Positions 39,046 to 51,849 of a DNA stretch of 64,000 nucleotides are shown one piece after another. Position 1 is the stretch's first letter. Every line of letters starts with the position of its first letter. The notes below the pieces were generated by a model. The model saw nothing but the letters and a program-made list of their open reading frames with translations, was not told where the DNA came from and did no database searches. The position numbers and the translations under genes were made by a program. The DNA comes from Octopus sinensis (taxonomy: Eukaryota): assembly GCF_006345805.1 (NCBI RefSeq), contig NC_043015.1, positions 17,298,001 to 17,362,000 of the forward strand, in the 5' to 3' direction.

Positions 39046-39699
39046 GTCTACGCTGTCACATTAAAAAGATTTTTTTCGTGTTATTCTTGAAAGGTGAAAA
39101 TTGGTTTCTTAGAAATAAAGAAAATCTCAACACTACATGTTGTTTTAGCAACAACATCATATCGCGGTGAGAGTTAGAGTTAGCACTTCGATGAAATTTT
39201 TGGATAACTATTGATTTTATGAGTTATATTCTCTAAAGAAGAATGTCGTAAGATATTTCGTAGCTGTCTCCTGCTCTTGAATTGCAAAAGCGTAGCCTTC
39301 AGGATGTGATGTGATGTGACGGTTACAAGTCTATTAATATTGTCAGCTTTTTTAAAGTTAGCGGGAAACATATCCATGCATAGCTTTTATGTGGTACTTA
39401 TAGTATTTATCTTCCAGGTTTTCCTGAAATATATTAGCACCGCACTTCTGTGTTCGTATGGGAGTTCATCAGGAAGTGAGTATTTCTTGAGGATTTCACT
39501 TTTAATTTACAGGATTTTTTTAACACTTGGTTGGTATGTTAATCTTGCTGTCATTATTTAACCGGTGCTCCTTGTTCCTTCTTTCTTTTTCTATGTCATT
39601 GCTTTTAGGTAAATTTTAAGTTGTCTGGACATTACAGGATTAAATGTCTATGAAACGGATTTCTATTATAGACCTGTCGAATATTGTAAATGTTGGTAT

Positions 39700-40025
39700 C
39701 AGTACATGTAGTGCAAATGCATAGTAGGATATTGTATTGTTGTAGAATGAAAGATCTGAATGCCATAACAGATATCCAGACAGTTGTGCTTATGATCCTC
39801 GGTAAGCTTTCTTGACACCCATCTCCCACAGACTTTACGGAAGTGAAGCTTGTTGTCGAATGCAAAATCATGACTAATATGCAGAGAACATACCACTTCA
39901 TTGATGGTCATTCGTCGGTTCACCAGAACACCTCTCCAGTTTGTTGAATCTTCACGTCAGGGATAGACGTTGATGCTTCACGCTTGTCTGGCCATTCATA
40001 CACACTCCTACACACTACAGCGCTG
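39700..40025 (-). mobile_element. Mariner transposase N-terminal fragment
   Basis: NRRMTINEV...LHFRKVCGRWVSRKLTEDHK. Confidence 0.75.
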
Positions 40026-40776
40026 ACCGTATGGTACTTAAAGCCTGCGATGAATTTCAGCCCCTGACACACCTTCGGACCAGAGAAATCGGATCACTGA
40101 TCTCTGATCGCGCACTGCAACGGAGTGGCCGTGTTTACTCTGTAACACAAGAAAGGAATCTAGAACGATCAAGTTCAGAGTACGGTTACGGATTTACAGG
40201 GGATCAAAAAAGGGTAATTTCCTCGGGTTTCCCCCAAATATCGGGGTCTCCTGCCACGGATAGTAGATCCTCAATGCCGAGAGCCCCTTTCGCCTTCCCA
40301 GCAAGCTTGCATGAAGAAGGCCTTCCCTATCCTATCTACTTCTTTAAAAATCTATTTAAAGAAATCTTTAAATGTACATTTTCTCCACTTTATCGACATT
40401 ACACAGTTTCTCCCAAGCGATTTTCTCTCAGTGATTTTCAGTGTAAACAAAAAGAACGGAATAACAAAATGCCGAAATTATATACAAATACGAAATGCCG
40501 ACACAAGGGCAAAACCATGAAATAAATAAAGCTTAAATGATGAGATAAAGTTCATTACATGCAATATTGACTATAGCAATAAGGTACACATATAGTTCTG
40601 CAGTTCTTTGTTTTTTTTAGTTGTAACATTGTTTTTGTTAACAAAAAGTAGGTATGACTATAAACTGGCCAATAAACTTTTCTGCTATTTTTGTTCTCTC
40701 GTGTGTGTGAGGTGTAACAGCATATACTTTAAGCTGGCAATGAAAACGTTCAATCATTCCTAACGGATTGGGTTAT

Positions 40777-41072
40777 AAGTAAAGTAAGTAAAGTAAAGTT
40801 GGGTGATATTAAAGTAAGTAAAGTAAAGTAAAGTTATGAGTCATGCCGACTCATAAGGGCCGATTTTCCAGTTTCCTGATGTATAAATTCCCCACCTGGA
40901 CGGGACGCAGGTCCGTCGCAAGATTACTCAGTTTTGCCAGCTGAGTGGACTGGAGCAACGTGAAATGAAATGTTTTGTTCAAGAACACAAAGCGTTGCCC
41001 GGTCCAGGAATCGAAACTTCAATTTTACGATGATGAGTCCCACACCCAAACCCCTAAGCCATGCGCATCCAC
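40777..41072 (-). mobile_element. tRNA-derived SINE (OR-like) with (ACTTT)n tail
   Basis: Minus-strand head tggcttaggggttt... with B-box gtttcgattcctggacc; tail seen as (aaagt)n on the plus strand. Confidence 0.75.
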
Positions 41073-41109
41073 TGACTGGAGGAAAAGCGGTAGTACGAAT
41101 TCTTCGTGT

Positions 41110-42030
41110 ACCTACTTGATTCTAATTGACAATGTTTGTCGGTTGTTATTGTCTTAGATGCGTCAAAAGGTGAAATCCAGTCTGTCATTCAGTCCTTTGC
41201 AACTGTAAGGGATGAAACGTACTTAATAGCTATGGCTTCAAAGTATCTGGAAAAACGGCCTATACATGTCAAGAGATACATTTTATTTTGAGGTGGCAGC
41301 AGAGGACCCTTCAATATCTATGAGGATATGTTGAAAATGAGTGTCATAGAGTAGCAAATGTGCCTAACGATACCTTGATGTGGTGGTGAACCTCAACTTT
41401 TTGGCAGGATATGCAATGCCGTACAAATATCATCCTTCCTGCTTCACCATACAAAACGGGTCGAAATCACCTTTGCTGTTGCCGAAATACCAAGAGGAAA
41501 TATATTATGAAAGGCTGAAAAGCCACATCGTTCACGGTTTCCAGAACATAAGGTCTAGAAAATCCAGTAGAATCATCACAGCATATTTGTGAAACAAAAA
41601 TGTAGTGGTAATAGAGGAAATTCTCGAGAAGTCGACTCTAAATTTCGGAGTTGCAATAATCCTTCGTTGTCTTTCTGATCTGATGCAATTTCTTCCAAAT
41701 TAATAATATCAGCAGAACGCAAGCATTGATATAAATACGGAATAATGCATCTGCTTCAATATTTTCAGCACCCTTGACATGACGAATATCCACAGTAAAC
41801 TGGTTAACGTTTTATGATCATTATAAATTGTGAAAGTGCTTCCTTCCAAGAAAGGGCGAAACTGAGTTACTGACAAATAAGTTACTCCTGCCCAAAAGTA
41901 CTATATCTCGTTTCGGCTGTTTTGAGACGCTTCGGAAAAAAATAGAAAAAAAGAGATTGCCAGTAATTTTGGACAAACTGTTGCGGTACACCACTGACTC
42001 ATATGTTAGATGCATCTGGTATTTGTGCGT
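41110..42030 (-). mobile_element. Gypsy LTR-retrotransposon pol remnant (RNase H + integrase)
   Basis: DASN...KTAETRYSTFGQE...FLEGSTFTIYNDHK (RNase H). DSTGFSRPYV...GISAT...RFVW...GPLLP...YLLTCIGRFSRYFEA...WIS...ITTD (integrase). Many stops. Confidence 0.75.
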
Positions 42031-42290
42031 CTAATGAGTTAGCTAGGTAGCTTTAGTTAATTTTTCTTTAATGTTGTTAATAGACTAATTCTGTTGGAGT
42101 TAAAGAAATAGATTTCATTTTTTTGTTTACAATTACGTAATTATTCCGTTAGTGGACACAGCCTCTGTTCAGTGCGAAATAAATGGTCTATAGAAGTTAA
42201 TATGACCGAGTAATTCTTTCAACTTCATCAATGATGTACGAACAAGGATATTTATAGTTGTACGTATATATGTATGCACATATATGATTA

Positions 42291-42356
<66 letters not shown>

Positions 42357-42389
42357 TACACACTTACACACATATATATATACATATAT

Positions 42390-42459
<70 letters not shown>

Positions 42460-42599
42460 ATACACTCACACATACATATATTTGAATGTTTATTTGTGCC
42501 TATTCATAAATATGAGCGTATATATGTGCATATAAGTCTACACACACACACACACACACATACACACATACTGACACACCACACACACATGTACAATCT

Positions 42600-43020
42600 G
42601 TCGCATGATCAGGCCGCTGGAGACAATCCTTCCGAGACGAAAAACAAAACCTGCAAAAAGAGGAATGGACACAGTACCATCAACAGTCGTTCCACAGCTG
42701 TGAGTGAAAGCCCACTAGTCTTTGTTTAAACATTTCTCAGTTTCTTGGAATGATGTTGGCTAGTTGTAACGCATGCTTTGTTAGAAAGTGGGATTGACCC
42801 TGTGCAAAACTTTTCCTCAGCTTAAAAAGCTTCCAGCACAGGCATCGCTCGATTATTAGCATCTTGTTGCAGATTATGGTTCGCTTTTGCCGAAATAGAC
42901 AAAATACTCAAAGAAAAGTTCCATGATAAAAAGATGGTATGTGTCAGCGTAGTAGTAACTCTCTGAACACCTGCTGCAAGAAGCGTCCACAATTTCCACA
43001 TCTGTACAAGAGTGTAGGTC
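42600..43020 (+). mobile_element. Possible piggyBac transposase C-terminal remnant
   Basis: KRGMDTV resembling KGGVDTV, and GMMLASCNACFV resembling GMLDIAxxNAFV; heavily decayed. Confidence 0.3.
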
Positions 43021-43587
43021 ACTAGAAGAGTGAAAAGTCACATCCGTGTTGCCTTAAAGTGAAAGCAATGCTCGAAAAACAAGTTGCAGTCATAGCATAA
43101 AAATTTATATATGTATGTATTTATGTATGCATTTATGCATGGATGTATGTATTATGTATGTATGTGTATGTGACTATATAAATACATGCATGCGCATGTG
43201 TGTGTGATTACTAGTGACAGAAACAGTACTAATACCAAAAGCAATCCAGCTTAACACGAATATTTTGTTTACAAAGCCGAATACTGTGGTATTCACCTTG
43301 AGAGGGCCTCGCATAAAGACGTTAAGTTGGATATAAAGATTGCATTTTGGTATTAATACTTCTGTCGCGAATAATCATTTCTAATAAGCCTCCTAACCAA
43401 CTGCAACATCGGTGCCTTAAAAGTCACTGTACTTCTATTTATCAATGGTTTAGGGCTTTGAGAAATGGGTGGTATGCAGCGATCGGTTATCAATCACTGA
43501 TAGAGGCAGTACGTTGAAATTAAGTGGTCTAACAGTTCCACCGCACATAGCGAAGACTCGTGTCTGCTAACGACACACACACATATG

Positions 43588-45237
<1,650 letters not shown>

Positions 45238-45254
45238 TATATATATATATATAA

Positions 45255-45297
<43 letters not shown>

Positions 45298-45308
45298 AAT
45301 ATACACAT

Positions 45309-45349
<41 letters not shown>

Positions 45350-45511
45350 AAATGAGAAAATGGAGAAATATATCTAAATCAATCATCAACCATCAGATAA
45401 TACCCAATCAATACTTTATTAAACCATTACACAATAACAATGATATTATACATTAATATAGTACAAATATAACAAGACATAGAAATAGAAATAGAAATAC
45501 ATTTACATTGT

Positions 45512-45623
45512 AGCTGACAGCTGTTTCGGCCGTGAAGACAGGTATGTCCCATTTAACCTATTAGCCATATAAAGCAGGTATAAATGAGACATTAACAAGA
45601 ATATCTCACGGCCTCTTCAGAGA
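45512..45623 (-). ncRNA. Type I hammerhead motif with extended stem II
   Basis: Minus strand ct-CTGAAGA-ggccgtga...(about 70 nt)...tcacggcc-GAAA-cagctg-TC-ag; palindromic stem III acagctgt. Confidence 0.7.
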
Positions 45624-46734
45624 ATTTAATGCAAGTATGAAAAAATTTTTACATATAAATATAAATATGTGTGCATACACACTCATATTCTTACATATAT
45701 ATATATACACAATAATACAATATAAACAATATAGATCAATATACATCAACAAACACAATAATGTTCAATATTGAACTCCACAGTTCCATAACCAACATCA
45801 AGAAACCACAAACATGTACACTCACATTTAAAGCAGGCATATATATTGAACAGTCCAATATATTAAAATGTGTGATTACACAAAAAGTCAATAAAATTAA
45901 TCATGGAGGGTTGAATTTACAACCCCTATCTCATTTTATATATATATATATATATATAAAGAGAGAGAGAGGACAGACAGACAGACAGACAGAAATATAC
46001 AATACAAATACGTATTTGTGTGAGTTTGTCTTTGTGTGTATATGCGCGTGCGCATTTGATTTTATTTACCATAGGTCTATATAAGAGCACCAATAAAGGC
46101 GAATACCGTAGTATTCCACGTTCTAACAAAATCCCCACGTTAAGCAGGATATAAATACTGCCTTTTGTATTAATACTGCTTGTCACTCTTGATCATTTTT
46201 CAATAAACATGCTGGCTAAATATGACATCAATGCCTAAAAAGTTACTGTAATTTTAGTCATCGTTGGCAGTGAGATTTGGCTGGTATGCAGTAACCTGGC
46301 ACCGGTCACTGTAGTGAGGCATTACGTTGAGATCATGTGAACTGGCAGTTCCGGCGCCTAAAGTGAACGATTCTTGTCCGCTAATAGTCCACTAATGAGA
46401 TCCAGAGATTCTCACCATTCCCCACCCCATAATCCCACCGACCATCCTATTTCTCCCCTCTAATACAGCAAGCTCTCCACATTTAATCTTTCCATCTCTG
46501 AACTTCTCAGCATTAACATCTGAAATGTAAAATCTTCTCTATCCTGATGACGGAGGCTCGTTTTATCCAATGCGGATTGCATCCATTACAGCTGCATATT
46601 GTGATGAACTACATCTGCCAACATTATCATGAATATCCGAGCCCCAGAAACAGCTGTTGGACTTATAACACCTTTTTCTCGCTCCTTTAATATTTTCTCT
46701 ATCATTTCTACTCTGTGTAAGTTGGATCTATTAT

Positions 46735-46941
46735 TCTTTTACTTGTTTCAGTCATTTGACTGCGGCTATGCTGGAGCACCGTCTTCAGTCGAACAAATCG
46801 ACCCCAGAACTTATTCTTCATAAGTCAAATACTTATACTATCGGTCTCTTTTGCGGAACCGCTAACTTACTACGGGGACGTAAACACGCCAATATCGGTT
46901 GTCAAGTGATGGTGGTGGGGCAAAACCAGACACCCACACAA

Positions 46942-47020
<79 letters not shown>

Positions 47021-47185
47021 CGACGGGCTTCTTTCAGTTTTCCTCGACCAAATCCATTCACAAGACTTTGGTCGGATGGAGGCTATAGTAGAAAATACTT
47101 ACCCAAGGTGCCACGCAGTGGGACTGAACCCGGAACCATGTGGTTGGGAAGTAAGCGTCTTACCTCACAGCTACTCCTGCGCCTA
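46735..47185 (-). mobile_element. OK-like SINE, full length with internal (CA)n
   Basis: Tail cttgtttcagtcatttgactgcggctatgctggagcaccg and head ...gcaggagtagctgtgaggtaag on the minus strand. Confidence 0.88.
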
Positions 47186-47406
47186 TATTAATAAAAATAT
47201 CTATATATTCATAGTTAACTATTCATTGTCTGGAAGTCCTCACCTTTTTACTTTCACTCATTTTGCATGTATACATATATATATATTTTATATTTCATAC
47301 CCAAACTATTATATCTAATATATCTAATTTGTTTATCTGCATAATTTTCTTTTCTCTCTCTCCCACTCACTCTCTCTTTCTCTTACTCACTCACTTACTC
47401 ACTCAC

Positions 47407-47462
<56 letters not shown>

Positions 47463-48424
47463 GTATATATGTATCTGTGTGTGGGTGTTTTTGCACGCGC
47501 GCTTTTATGCACCATGCGTCTATATGAGAAAACCTCTCAAGGTAAATGCCGCCGTATTCGGCATTCTAACAAAACATCCATGTTCAGATAGATATAAAGA
47601 TTGCATTTTTCATATATCTTACTATGATGAGCGTTATGTCCGTCTGTCTGTTCCTTCTTCACCGTCAAACAGCTGGACCAATGATCACGATGTTTTTCGA
47701 GATTACGAAGTAAGTAATCAGGAAGGTTTTTAGTAAATAAAATGTGAAAAAGTATGATTATTTAGTTGATATTGAGTTTTGTATTAGGGAATTACCTTTG
47801 ATTTTTTTTTCTTTTGTTAAAATTACGGTGACGTGGATTAACTCGTACTGTTCGTGAATTCAGAGGGTTTAAATTTGCGATAGTATCCCTTTATTTCCCA
47901 TCGCTGATGGGCAAATTTGCTATCTTACTATAATGGGCATTATGTCCGTCTGTCTTTCCGTTTGTCCGTCTCTTTGTCTGTTTCCTCTTCATGGCTAGAC
48001 GGCTGTGCCAATGGTTGCGATATTTTTCGGGATTACAAAGACGGTCGTCAGGAAGGTTTTTAAGCTTTAAAAAATCAGATTGTATGATTATTTCGTGGAT
48101 ATCGATTTTTGAATTAACAAACCACATTCACATTTTTATTAAAAATAACTGTGGATTTTCATCATATAGTTCGTGGCCCCATCGTAGATACGAAGGGGGT
48201 CGAGAGGACGGTTAATAGCGAAAATAAAAAGGAAAAAGTGTGTGTCCGTATATAGGGTGTGTGATTATTCGAGCAGCTGTTGTTTACATCTCAGTTTTGT
48301 CAATCAAAACAATCCATGGTACCAGAACAATCAAACATTATACGCATAGAACAGTGAGAGGTAAGTCTTAGCATTCACAGCTAACAAGACACAGGGCCAG
48401 ACTTTATATCATGTAGGTGTATTT

Positions 48425-50400
48425 TCACCACTCCGATTCTGGGAATGCAATCTGTTGTCGATGCAGTGTGCATCTACGTCTGAGTGATAGTCCCGTGGAT
48501 CCCACGTAGTCTTGGTGGCAGCCCGAGCATTTTATGACATAAATTATGTTTTCAGAGGCACAAGTAAAATTAGATTTGATCTTGAATTTCTGTCCCTCTT
48601 TGAAGAGGAATTCTGATCCTTCTAGCAGGTTTGGACATGTTGCACAGTTCGGTCTACCACATTTTTTTACTTTTGCATCCGTAATTTCAGAAAACAATTT
48701 TGCCTTTGTGAGAATCTTTTTAAGGTTGTTTGTAGCTTTTAATGATTTGGTGTATGTTTAGAATTTCCTTTAATTTGGGGTCCTTATGAAGTATTGGTAA
48801 ATTCTGGGTGATGATGGTGAAGGCTTCTTTGTTTCTGGGGTTGTATGTGGATATGTAAGGTAGTATTTTCGGGGAAGGTGTGTTGTTGTGTTGAACTTTT
48901 CTTAAAGTTTCTATGTTGATTTCTGTTGCACGTCTGATCCCATCCTCTATGAGTTGAGCTGGGTAATGTCTGTCAATTAGGGTGTTTTTGAGTTCTTGCA
49001 GTCTAAAGTTCCTGGTATTTTGTTCTGACACTATTGTGCATATCCTTCTTGCAAGGTTGAAGGGGATGTTTGTTTTAGTGTGTCTTTGGTGGCATGTATT
49101 AAAAAGAAGGTATTGTTTGGCGTATGTGGCTTTGTAAAAAATGTCTGTTTCTATTTTAAGGTTAATTTTTTTAATTAGTATATCCAAGAATGGGAGCTCC
49201 TTTTCGTTGTATTCCATTGTGAACTGTATATTTGGGTTTATGCTGTTCAATAGGTTTTTAAATTTTAGGAGTTTATCTGTGTTTTCATTCCAGAGTATAA
49301 AACAATCGTCCAGGAATCGTTTCCAATTCTCTTTTATGTATTGAGAGAGGGGGTTTCCAAAGATTGATAAAGATTCCTGGTAAATGATTATTTCCAGGTA
49401 GCCCATTGTTAGATTCGCAATGACTGGTGCTGCCCTTGTACCCATAGCAATTCCGGATTTTTGACGGTAAAATGTATTGTCAAACATGAAGTGGTTATTA
49501 TGTAGGATGAATTCAATTGATTTAGTAATGAATTCTTTACTGATCCTTTTTGGTATTTCTTCCGGAAATTGGTCCAGCCAGAACTGTATTGCCTCTAATC
49601 CATAATTATGAGGTATACTGGTATATAAGTTAACTACATCAAATGAAACCATGATTGTTTCTTCCTTGGCATTTTTTGGAAGGTGGTTTAACATACACCA
49701 AATCATTAAAAGCTACAAACAACCTAAATCACTTAAAAAGATTCTCACAAAGGCAAAATTGTTTTCTGAAATTACGGATGCAAAAGTAAAAAAATGTGGT
49801 AGACCGAACTGTGCAACATGTCCAAACCTGCTAGAAGGATCAGAATTCCTCTTCAAAGAGGGACAGAAATTCAAGATCAAATCTAATTTTACTTATGCCT
49901 CTGAAAACATAATTTATGTCATAAAATGCTCGGGCTGCCACCAAGACTACGTGGGATCCACGGGACTATCACTCAGACGTAGATGCACACTGCATCGACA
50001 ACAGATTGCATTCCCAGAATACAGAATGATACCTTTTAGTGAGCACGTTAAGAAATGCGCAAAGCAACTACTACCACAATTTTTAATCTTTCCATTTTAC
50101 CAATGTGCTATCGGAACACCAACACAAATTAGACTAAACAAGGAAACATTCTTCATTGAAAAGTACAAGCCCAGACTTAACCATTCCAACATACTTATAC
50201 AGAGAAATTCACTCCAAAGGAAAGGCAAAAAAATTTAAGCGATTATCTCCCTTACACCGGAAGAAATCACTTATTACCACCCCTTATCTAGAACTCTTCT
50301 CAACATAAACATAACGATAACTCTTCTCAACGTAAACATAACGATGTAAGAAATTTGAAAAGCTGAACGCGAAACCGGTCATTTCTTCTAAATTATGTCA
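48425..50400. mobile_element. Penelope-like element in inverted (head-to-head) configuration
   Basis: Minus ORF 48720-49706 (VSFDVVNLYT, GIAMGTRAAP, KRFLDDCF) plus 48425-48697 (GIY-YIG start). Plus ORF about 49705-50238 (CGRPNCATC, YVGSTG, complete C-terminus). 48430-48760 is the reverse complement of about 49705-50015. Confidence 0.92.
50348..50387 (+). ncRNA. Degenerate minimal hammerhead at the PLE 3' end
   Basis: aagaaat-ttgaaaa-gc-tgaac-gc-GAAA-ccgg-TC-atttctt; 7-bp stem I, two core substitutions. Confidence 0.6.
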
Positions 50401-50554
50401 TTGTAAGAAAAAAAATTTATAACATTCTTCAGACATATTGACTCAAATATATATTTTTTAACCTTTTAAAACAAGACTTCTGTAGTTTTTTCACTTTTTA
50501 CTATTTTCTAAATATTCAACCACGTGCTTTCACAAACCAACTTTCTCATCTATA

Positions 50555-50618
<64 letters not shown>

Positions 50619-51410
50619 CTAGCAGCATAGCCCGGCGTTGCCCGGGTATGTAAGAGCCCCTAGTAGGCAACGACTAATCCCAATCTAGTCCTTTCCCTCT
50701 AGGGAACGAAGGCGCATGTGTAGGTTGCAATGTCTTCTCCTCACTCCCAAATAACTATCAAACAGCTATCGATAATTCAACCCAACCAATTCCTACAAGG
50801 AAGAAATTACATTCGAGACTCTACCCCCAACACCGCCACTTCTGCTAATAGCTGCTGCTGCCGCAAGTTATTCGAATAATTCTTTTGTTTACACTTTCTT
50901 TATAACTACCACCGCAAACGTTTTACCTTAAATTTTTGACGTACCCTAAGGGTTCTTGGACGCTACTTGCAAACTCTTGGTTTATTATAAACCGCTTTTG
51001 CCGTGTGCACCAAAAAACCTTTTCCATTCGTTTTTTCAGTTTGGTCACTTTTGACTTCTTCGTTGTTGTCACTCACATTGCTGCCCGCTTTTTTGCCGTT
51101 TTTGTACATTTTTATACATTTTGGGATACTTACCCCACGTGTTCCGAGAGTTAAAAAGGTCGAGTTGCGTCCCCTAGACAGTCTGTAGAAAATGTGTTGC
51201 ATATAAAAAGCTTAGATTCTCGACTCATGTCGAATTTATCGATTTTTTTTCAGAACTGGGGGAACTTTTCAAAATTTTCGCTGCGTTAGTTTTGAATTAT
51301 GACATTGGGCTATGTGTGTGTCAAGTTTCATCGGAATCGGTAGAAAGCCGTGGTCAGGGTGAGGGTACAACCTGACAGGCACACAGACACACAGACAGAC
51401 AAACTGCCGT

Positions 51411-51418
<8 letters not shown>
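50619..51418 (-). mobile_element. Non-autonomous Helitron
   Basis: Minus 3' end cccgggcaacgccgggctatgctgCTAG|T; 5' end atatatcaacggcagtttgtctgtctgtgtg in (TA)n. Confidence 0.82.
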
Positions 51419-51481
<63 letters not shown>

Positions 51482-51496
51482 GTGTGTGTGTGTGTG

Positions 51497-51802
51497 TGGA
51501 GGCGCAATGGCAAAGTGGTTAGGCAGCGGACTCGTGGTCGGAGGATCGCGGTTTCGATTCCCAGACCAGGCCTTGTGAGTGTTTATTGAGCGAAAACACC
51601 TAAAGCTCCAGGAGGCTCCGGCAAGGGATGGTGGCGATCTCTGCTGTACTCTTTCGCCACAACTTTCTCTCACTCTTCTGTTGGCCTGCTCGCTTAGCCA
51701 GCGGGGTGGCGTCATTTGAAGGCTAAAACAATGCGAAGCACATTGTGACCAGCGATGTGTAGAAACATCTGATAGCCTGGTCGGTCACGGTGATCACGGT
51801 GA
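51497..51802 (+). mobile_element. tRNA-derived SINE (OR-like) with (cacggtgat)n tail
   Basis: A-box tggcaaagtgg, B-box ggtttcgattccc, tail tcacggtgatcacggtgat. Confidence 0.85.
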
Positions 51803-51818
51803 TATATATATATATATA

Positions 51819-51849
<31 letters not shown>

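Noticed and set aside
40031-40525. 164-aa ORF as a host gene
   Set aside because: No recognisable domain or splice context; it starts at a GTG and ends in AT-rich sequence.
46541-46600. CTGATGA as a hammerhead core
   Set aside because: No stem II closure and GAAA follow it.
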